Assembly (NCBI GenBank): GCA_964432995.1
Contig: CAYSPU010000001.1
Span: forward strand, 2,253 to 64,296
Length of the DNA stretch: 62,044 bases
Direction: 5' to 3'
From: an uncultured Verrucomicrobiota bacterium
GTDB lineage: Bacteria; Verrucomicrobiota; Verrucomicrobiia; Limisphaerales; JAHDYP01
The notes beneath the pieces were generated by a model. That model did not search any database. It had not been told where the DNA came from and was given only the letters and a program-made list of their open reading frames with translations. The first letter of the stretch is position 1. Each line of letters starts with the position of its first letter. This document shows positions 56,273 to 62,044 of this stretch, one piece after another. The position numbers and the translations under genes are program-made.

Positions 56273-56977
56273 CTATCCGGAGACGATCCGACTGAAGTGG
56301 ATCGAGTCCTCGTACCGCTTGCTCATGTAGCGGAGGCGAGTGGCAAGGGCCCGGGCCAGACCCAGGGCGAAGGGCATGGCCAAGGCGGGGGCTTCGCGCA
56401 AGATGGTCTCGAAATTCGCGGCCGTCATCCGCAGGAGAAGGCTGTCCTTGTTGGCCGCCACGTTGGCGCTCCGCACGCCGTGGTCCAGCAGCGCGATTTC
56501 ACCGAACGACTCGCCGGGCAGGATTGTCGCGAGGATGGTCTCCTTCCCCTCGTGAACCAGGAACGCGCGCACCTCGCCCTCCAGCAGGAAGTAGATCGCA
56601 TCGGCCGGATCGCCCTCCCGCACCACGGTCGTGAAGATCCGGACCTCGAGCGGTTCCATGTAGCGCAAGAGGGATTCGAGAGCGCGCTCCTCCATGTCCG
56701 CGAGGATCTTGATGCGCCGGAGCGCACCGGCGGTAACCCGCTGCATTTGGCTGGAGGTGCGCGGTGCGCCGGCGGGCCGGTCGCGAAAGAACATCCTGAG
56801 TTCCAGCACCTCTGCTGCCCGCAACCACGACATGACCTGATCCAGGAAGAGCCAGGTGTCCGCCAGCACCCGGCCGTCCTTGATCCAGCTCACCAGGGTG
56901 GGCAGTTCGACCGGGCCGTAAGCGATGCAGTCCGCACCCCAGACTCGATAGGTAGGCGTTTCGTCACTCTGGTTCAT
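56273..56977 (-). CDS. GYF_2 (DUF4339)-like N-domain plus a cyclic-nucleotide-binding domain protein
   Basis: N-terminus YRVWGADCIAYGPVELPTLVSWIKDGRV...TWLF. cNMP-binding motifs GDPADAIYFLLEGEV, GESFGEIALLD...RSANVAA. No DNA-binding or enzymatic output domain is visible. Confidence 0.75.
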   Translation of the reverse strand: MNQSDETPTYRVWGADCIAYGPVELPTLVSWIKDGRVLADTWLFLDQVMSWLRAAEVLELRMFFRDRPAGAPRTSSQMQRVTAGALRRIKILADMEERALESLLRYMEPLEVRIFTTVVREGDPADAIYFLLEGEVRAFLVHEGKETILATILPGESFGEIALLDHGVRSANVAANKDSLLLRMTAANFETILREAPALAMPFALGLARALATRLRYMSKRYEDSIHFSRIVSG

Positions 56978-56996
56978 GGCACCGCGGGAAGTTGTC

Positions 56997-57761
56997 TCAC
57001 GAAGCGGCTTTGCGCGCCACGAGAAAGGCGTTGAACATCGCGTAGCGAAGCGGGGTGGCGTTCAACAACCGGTCGAGCACCGGAGCGACGTAGCGGTCCG
57101 TGCACTCCACCCGTTCCACCCGGCAGCCCGCGCGCTCCAGGAAGAACCGCATTTCCAGCGCGTTGGTGGCCACAATCGCGTCGTCATCCGGTGTGAACGG
57201 CTCCTTGACGACGGGCGTCATGCGGTCGAACCGCACCTCACCCGGAGCGCGCCGCATCATCCGGCGCTTGGCCAGGAGCCGGGCCGCATTCCGCCATTTG
57301 TTCCCCAAACCGCGCATCCGATGATGGTAGTCGCGGAAGCCGAGCACGCGAAAGAAGTTGGGGCTGGACACGACGACCCGGCCGCCCGCTTCGGCCACGC
57401 GCGCCAGCTCGGGCAGGAATGCCTCCGGTTCCTCCACATGCTCGAGGACGTTCAGGGCGCCCACACTCGCGAAGTATCCATCGGGATACGGAAGCCGGCG
57501 CCCGTCGTAGAGGCGGCAATGGGGACTTCGATTCCGGGCGCGTTCGATGTTGGGCTCCGAGACATCCACGCCGTGCGCCTCGAAGCCGGCCTCGGCCAGC
57601 CGGCCGACCACCTGCCCGGCGCCGCATCCCACGTCGAGGACGCGTCCCCCGGCCCGGGCCGGCCGCAGCGTGTCGGCATACTTCGCGTAGAAGCCCGGGT
57701 CCCAGTGGTCCAGGAACTCCGCATAGGCCTCGTTGTGCCGGTAGGTCTCCTGGTGGCTCAT
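56997..57761 (-). CDS. class I SAM-dependent methyltransferase
   Basis: Start trimmed to the ATG at 57761, which overlaps the upstream stop (ATGA). Motif I RVLDVGCGAGQVV, plus FASVGALNVLEHVEEP and GGRVVVSSPN. Confidence 0.8.
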   Translation of the reverse strand: MSHQETYRHNEAYAEFLDHWDPGFYAKYADTLRPARAGGRVLDVGCGAGQVVGRLAEAGFEAHGVDVSEPNIERARNRSPHCRLYDGRRLPYPDGYFASVGALNVLEHVEEPEAFLPELARVAEAGGRVVVSSPNFFRVLGFRDYHHRMRGLGNKWRNAARLLAKRRMMRRAPGEVRFDRMTPVVKEPFTPDDDAIVATNALEMRFFLERAGCRVERVECTDRYVAPVLDRLLNATPLRYAMFNAFLVARKAAS

Positions 57762-60415
57762 CGGTCCTTCTGGCGCGAGCTCACGACGACGAAGCCGCAG
57801 AGCGCCAGGCCGGCGATCCAGCCGGCGAGGCTGACGTAGAACATGCGTCGCGGCGGCACGAAACGGAACTCGACCGTGTGCGCCCCGGGCTCGAGGCGGA
57901 CGCCGCGCATGATGAAGTTGCAGCGCAGCAGCGGTTGTTCGGCGCCGTCCACCCACACCCGCCAATCCGGATGGTGCCGGTCATTGAGCAGCAGCAGCGC
58001 CGGAGCCGTTGCCTCCGCCTGCAACCGCAGATACTTCGGCTCGCTCCGTTCCCAGGTCACCGTCCCGATCGCGGTGTTGGTTCCGGGCGACGCGACCGTC
58101 GCCATCGGCTCCGCCACGAGCACCGTCTGGTGGGGGTCGAACTCGAGGCTGGCCAGGCGCTGCAACGTCGCCGTGTCGTTGGTCTCCACCTCCCAGCGAG
58201 CGAAGAGTCGGGCGCGCGGGAGAGCCCCCGCAAACTCGAACAGCGCATAGATCCCATTCGGGTCGGGCGCCGCGGACAGGTCCTGCGCTGAAACGGCCGC
58301 CGCTTTCCCGGCTTTGGGGACGATGGAGAAATTCGTCAGGACCCGGAACCGCCCTTTGCCAGGATCCAGCCCCGTGTTCAGTTGGGAGAGGAATCCCGCC
58401 ATGCCAATGACATGCCGCACGGAACCCAGTTCCCAGAGCCGGGCGATGCGGTACATGTTGGTCTCACCGGTCGGCAGGAAGTTCTTGATGCAGGCCGTGT
58501 CGAACTCCGGGGGCCGCGACATCTGGATGATGTCGAGCGACGGCACCCGGTAAAAGGGAAAGTGGTGCTGCAGCCACTCGGTGAAGTAGAGGTGCACCAG
58601 CAACTGCCCCTGCTCGGTGACCAGGTACGACTGGGTCATGGGCGACAGTTTGGCGGCCACACGGTAGCGATCCGGGTTGTCGCGGAGACGCTCGAGGATC
58701 GGGTTGGTCGCGTACTTGTAGTGGTAATCGTAGTAAATGACCCAGGGCAGATCGGCTCGGGCCAGGTCCAACACCAACACGCCGCCGAGCGCCAGCCCCG
58801 CCCACCGTGCCCTCCGCCCCGCAAACACTCCGGCCAGGACCAGAACCAACACCCCAGCCGACAACGCGAGAAACACGATGAACCAGCCAGCCTCGCGCAA
58901 GCTGAACTGGGCGATGGATCGCGCCAGGGTGGCATCGGCAAAACCGGCTGACCGGAGGTACGCGGTGAGTTCGTCGAGCGAACCGGCATACACGAGCCAG
59001 GCCAGTCCGCTCAGCCCGATGGCCGCCGCCATCCCCTGCACCCACCAGCGGTCCACCCCGCTCACTGCCCGCCACCAGCCGCGGAGGTGTGCCGTCCAGG
59101 CGACTGTCCGCTCCGGCAGGCCTCGCACATACCCGCGAATCAAGCCTTCCACCCCGCAGGCAAATAGAATCCCGATCGACAGATGAAACGGATGCAGAAA
59201 CTTGAGCGGGTTCCGAATGGTCGAGAAATACGGCAGCGCGTAGGCGATGCGGTAGAGCGGCGTATGCCGCCCAAACGCGAGCAGCAAGGAGATCAACGCG
59301 GCGCCGGCCCAGAACCAGATCAGGCGGCGTTGCCAGGGCGCATACGGGCTGTTGCGTCCCCGAAGCGATTGGCCCACGCCCCACAACGCGACCAGTGTGA
59401 CCAGAACGCCCGCAAATTCGCCGCATCCGGAATGCCGCCCGGCCGGGTTCCCCGGCGGCGCCCCCACCTCGCCCCAGTAGTTGGACCCGCCCACGCTGTC
59501 TTCCGGGTCGCCGTAAAGATGCGGCATGCGGTAGCCAAACAAACCCGGGATCACCACCCGCAAAGCCTCGACACGCGGCAGGCTCCACAACGTCGCTTCC
59601 ATCCAGCGATTCTCCTTGGTGCGCTCGTCCTGCTGCATCCCCACCACGCCCTTGACCTGGGTGCCGATCAACGTGGTCACGGCTTGGGCGGCGATGAACG
59701 CGGCGAAGATCGCCACGACCGCCACGCGTGCGCCCGCAACGGCCCAGCGCCGGGCGCCCGTCCCCCCCTTCTCGGCGGTCAGCCCCTGGTAGAGCACGAA
59801 CGCCCCGACGTACAGGCTGAAGATGGCGCCCACATCGAAGCCCTCCATCAGCGCGAGCCCGACCGCGAGACCGGCCAGCGCGGCGCGGGCCCAACCGTGA
59901 GGAACGCCGGCGCGCGGCCAGGCGGCCAGCGCCAGGAAGATACAGGCGCGGGCCAGCCCCCAGTTCGCCAGCCCCCAGCAACTCACCGAGAACACGTTCA
60001 TGTTCAAGGCAACGGCCAAGCCGCCGAGGATGCAGGCCGTCAGACTGAACCCGAGCTGGCGGAAGAAGAGCCAGGCCGCCAAGCCCAAGACCAACAAGGC
60101 GACGGGGACGTGCAGCTTGGCAAAGGCAATGGGCCGAACCGCCACCAGCAGCACATCCGTCAGCCGCAGCAAGCCCCCCACCGCTTCGCCCCCCAGCCAT
60201 GTCAGATCCTGCCACTGCCCGAAGAAGTTCTGCGCGCCGCTCTCGGCCTGCGCCATGTTGGCGCCCAGCGGCCCGTCGTTCGCAAACAAGACCTGACCCG
60301 GCTCGAAGCTCCGATGAAAGAAGAAACACAACACCAGGACCAGGATCCCCAACATCCAGAAGAATCCCCTGCCCCGTTGTTCGGCCACGACCCTCGCCTC
60401 ATCTGCAGCAGGCAT
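57758..60415 (-). CDS. large polytopic membrane protein, YfhO-like (GT-C-type glycosyltransferase-like)
   Basis: ATG 60415 is preferred over the TTG at 60460. More than 12 predicted TMs. C-terminal pattern HPDWRVWVDGAEQPLLRCNFIMRGVRLEPGAHTVEFRFVPP followed by a final TM, as in YfhO-family proteins. Confidence 0.6.
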   Translation of the reverse strand: MPAADEARVVAEQRGRGFFWMLGILVLVLCFFFHRSFEPGQVLFANDGPLGANMAQAESGAQNFFGQWQDLTWLGGEAVGGLLRLTDVLLVAVRPIAFAKLHVPVALLVLGLAAWLFFRQLGFSLTACILGGLAVALNMNVFSVSCWGLANWGLARACIFLALAAWPRAGVPHGWARAALAGLAVGLALMEGFDVGAIFSLYVGAFVLYQGLTAEKGGTGARRWAVAGARVAVVAIFAAFIAAQAVTTLIGTQVKGVVGMQQDERTKENRWMEATLWSLPRVEALRVVIPGLFGYRMPHLYGDPEDSVGGSNYWGEVGAPPGNPAGRHSGCGEFAGVLVTLVALWGVGQSLRGRNSPYAPWQRRLIWFWAGAALISLLLAFGRHTPLYRIAYALPYFSTIRNPLKFLHPFHLSIGILFACGVEGLIRGYVRGLPERTVAWTAHLRGWWRAVSGVDRWWVQGMAAAIGLSGLAWLVYAGSLDELTAYLRSAGFADATLARSIAQFSLREAGWFIVFLALSAGVLVLVLAGVFAGRRARWAGLALGGVLVLDLARADLPWVIYYDYHYKYATNPILERLRDNPDRYRVAAKLSPMTQSYLVTEQGQLLVHLYFTEWLQHHFPFYRVPSLDIIQMSRPPEFDTACIKNFLPTGETNMYRIARLWELGSVRHVIGMAGFLSQLNTGLDPGKGRFRVLTNFSIVPKAGKAAAVSAQDLSAAPDPNGIYALFEFAGALPRARLFARWEVETNDTATLQRLASLEFDPHQTVLVAEPMATVASPGTNTAIGTVTWERSEPKYLRLQAEATAPALLLLNDRHHPDWRVWVDGAEQPLLRCNFIMRGVRLEPGAHTVEFRFVPPRRMFYVSLAGWIAGLALCGFVVVSSRQKDR

Positions 60416-60478
60416 AGAAGAACTTCGCAGGACGATGCCGCCCGCCCCGGGAAGATTCAACCCGAATTGCCGCGCGGC

Positions 60479-61882
60479 TCAAGGACGCAGCGTGAGCACT
60501 TCCCCCATCATCGGCCGGCTCGAGTCCAGGCCAAACCGCTCGCGAATCTGCTCCGCCAAGGCGTCGCGACGCTTGGGTTCGCCGTGGGTCAGGATCACGC
60601 GCGGCCGACTTGGGGCCAGCGGGGACAGCCACTCGAGCAATTCCCGTTGCCCGGCATGCGCGCTGAAGCCGCCCAGCGTGTGGATCCGGGCGCGCACGGC
60701 GACCTTCTCGCCGAAGATGGAGACGCTCGTGGCGCCGTCGACAAGCTGCCGGCCGAGGCTGCCTTCGGGCTGGAAGCCAACGATGAAGACCACCGTGCCA
60801 TCCCGCCAGAGGTTCTGTTTGAGGTGATGCAGGATGCGCCCGGCGGTGCACATGCCGGAACCGGCCAGGATCAGACAGGGACCGGCGCAATCGTTGAGCT
60901 GGCGCGATTCGTCGGCGGTCGGCGTTGGCCGCACCGTGGTCAGATCCGCCTCGATCGGTCGCTCGCGCTGGAGCGCCTGGAAATCCTCGTCGAAAAGCTC
61001 GAGATGCCGCCGGTAGATGCGCGTGGCTTCGATCGCCATCGGGCTGTCAATGTAGATCGGGAACGGCGGCACCAGCTTCTGCCGGAACATCACCGCCAAC
61101 AAATAGAGCAACAACTGGGCGCGGCCCACGGCAAAGGTCGGAATCAGGATCTTGCTCTTCCGTTCGACGGCGGTTTTCACCAGCGACTCGAACTCGGCCA
61201 GCGTGTCGGGCAGCGGCTTGTGATCATGACCGCCGTAGGTCGACTCCAGCACCACCACGTCCCCCTGCTGGAACCCGGCCGCGTCCTTCAGCAGCGGGGC
61301 GTCCTGCCGCCCGAGGTCGCCCGAGAACACAATCGTCTGGCGACTGCCGTCGTCCTCCACGAGCAACTGGATGCTGGCGGACCCGAGCAGGTGGCCGGCT
61401 TCCACCCAGCGCGCGCGGATTCCCGGAGCCACCGGAACGAACTCGTCATAGGCCACCGGCCGGAAGAGGGGCAGGAACCGCTCGACCTCCGCCGTCGAAT
61501 ACAGGGGCTCAAGCGGCGGATCTCCGGCACGCTCGCGCTTCCGGTTCGTGCGAACCAGGTCCTGCGCCTGAACGCGCGCCGAGTCGTGCAGGATGAGACT
61601 CGTCGCCTCGCGGGTGGCCTCCGTCCCGTACACCGGGCCGTCGTAACCGGCCTTGGCCAGCAACGGCAGCCGCCCCGTGTGATCCAGATGGGCGTGCGTG
61701 ACGAGCACCGCCTGCAGCGCCCGCGCCTCCCAGGGCAGAGGCTCGTGATTGCGCGCCTCCGCCTCGCGCCCCCCCTGAAACAGCCCGCAATCGATCAGGA
61801 CATTCGCCCGCGATGTCCGAAGTTGATACGCCGATCCGGTGACACCACCGGCGGCCCCGTGGAAGTGAAGTTGAATGGCCAT
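60479..61882 (-). CDS. MBL-fold metallo-hydrolase with a beta-CASP / RNA-specificity domain
   Basis: MAIQLHFHGAAGGVTGSAY..........VLIDCGLFQG, VLVTHAHLDHTGRLP, SGDLGR, GGFSAHAGQ.EL, VILTHGE. Confidence 0.85.
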   Translation of the reverse strand: MAIQLHFHGAAGGVTGSAYQLRTSRANVLIDCGLFQGGREAEARNHEPLPWEARALQAVLVTHAHLDHTGRLPLLAKAGYDGPVYGTEATREATSLILHDSARVQAQDLVRTNRKRERAGDPPLEPLYSTAEVERFLPLFRPVAYDEFVPVAPGIRARWVEAGHLLGSASIQLLVEDDGSRQTIVFSGDLGRQDAPLLKDAAGFQQGDVVVLESTYGGHDHKPLPDTLAEFESLVKTAVERKSKILIPTFAVGRAQLLLYLLAVMFRQKLVPPFPIYIDSPMAIEATRIYRRHLELFDEDFQALQRERPIEADLTTVRPTPTADESRQLNDCAGPCLILAGSGMCTAGRILHHLKQNLWRDGTVVFIVGFQPEGSLGRQLVDGATSVSIFGEKVAVRARIHTLGGFSAHAGQRELLEWLSPLAPSRPRVILTHGEPKRRDALAEQIRERFGLDSSRPMMGEVLTLRP

Positions 61883-62009
61883 GAATCAGTCCAGGCGCCA
61901 ACCTACCCGATCCGCCCCGCTCATGGAAAGCAATGACATCGGCCGGCTGGCTGCGCGTGAAGCCCATGAACCCAGCCGCATCCCCCTCCCCATGAACCTC
62001 CCGTTTGAG

Positions 62010-62035
62010 GTAGGGACGCCCGGCCTCGGGCGTCC
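62010..62035. repeat. GTAGGG-headed REP-like hairpin with a perfect 9-bp stem
   Basis: gtagGGACGCCCGgcctCGGGCGTCC, the same head and stem family as 36692-36773. Confidence 0.7.
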
Positions 62036-62044
62036 GGCGGTTCC

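Overview
High-GC (roughly two-thirds G+C by eye) bacterial chromosomal window with about 40 protein-coding genes. I found no rRNA, tRNA, CRISPR array, transposase or integrase. Gene content suggests Verrucomicrobiota; this is inference from an Amuc_1098-1101-like secretin/PilM locus, Tat-signal Gfo/Idh/MocA and DUF1080 proteins, and giant repeat exoproteins.

Layout:
- 1-2159: glgB (runs off the left edge, absent from the ORF track) and coaE.
- 2196-19241: eleven co-directional minus-strand genes. A pilus-like module (PilM/N fusion, Amuc_1100-like protein, 272-aa bitopic protein, TPR-secretin) is followed directly by four large signal-peptide proteins, including an S8 protease.
- 19404-21822: UDP-glucuronate decarboxylase and a polyprenyl glycosylphosphotransferase.
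- 22058-27990: a ketosynthase, a catalytically dead ketosynthase-like partner and a sensor kinase (translationally coupled), then ACP, MscS and a broken fabG.
- 28177-38531: carbohydrate and oxidoreductase genes separated by repeat-filled spacers.
- 38760-47667: two giant exoproteins, a 1487-aa adhesin with 4 x 519-nt tandem repeats and a 1435-aa protein with a metzincin motif.
- 48048-50104: TrpR-like, TrpB2 and a small Cys-rich protein.
- 50860-56255: a methyltransferase, three 2-hydroxyacyl-CoA-dehydratase/BcrBC-family paralogues and one activase ATPase.
- 56273-61882: a cNMP-binding protein, a methyltransferase coupled to a YfhO-like membrane protein, and a beta-CASP MBL hydrolase.

Best candidates for an undescribed system:
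1. The pilin-less, ATPase-less secretin module with adjacent exoproteins. Three of these four, plus the two distant giant exoproteins, share a C-terminal domain.
2. The methyltransferase plus triple dehydratase-family plus activase operon, with a tiny Cys-rich ORF in front of it.
3. The KS/dead-KS/kinase/ACP unit.

Two conserved genes (fabG and the first dehydratase paralogue) carry frame-breaking internal lesions. At least four interspersed repeat families fill the spacers. Most long ORFs in the track opposite these genes are antisense shadows of a GC-rich genome. All homology calls come from motif recognition by eye, not from searches.
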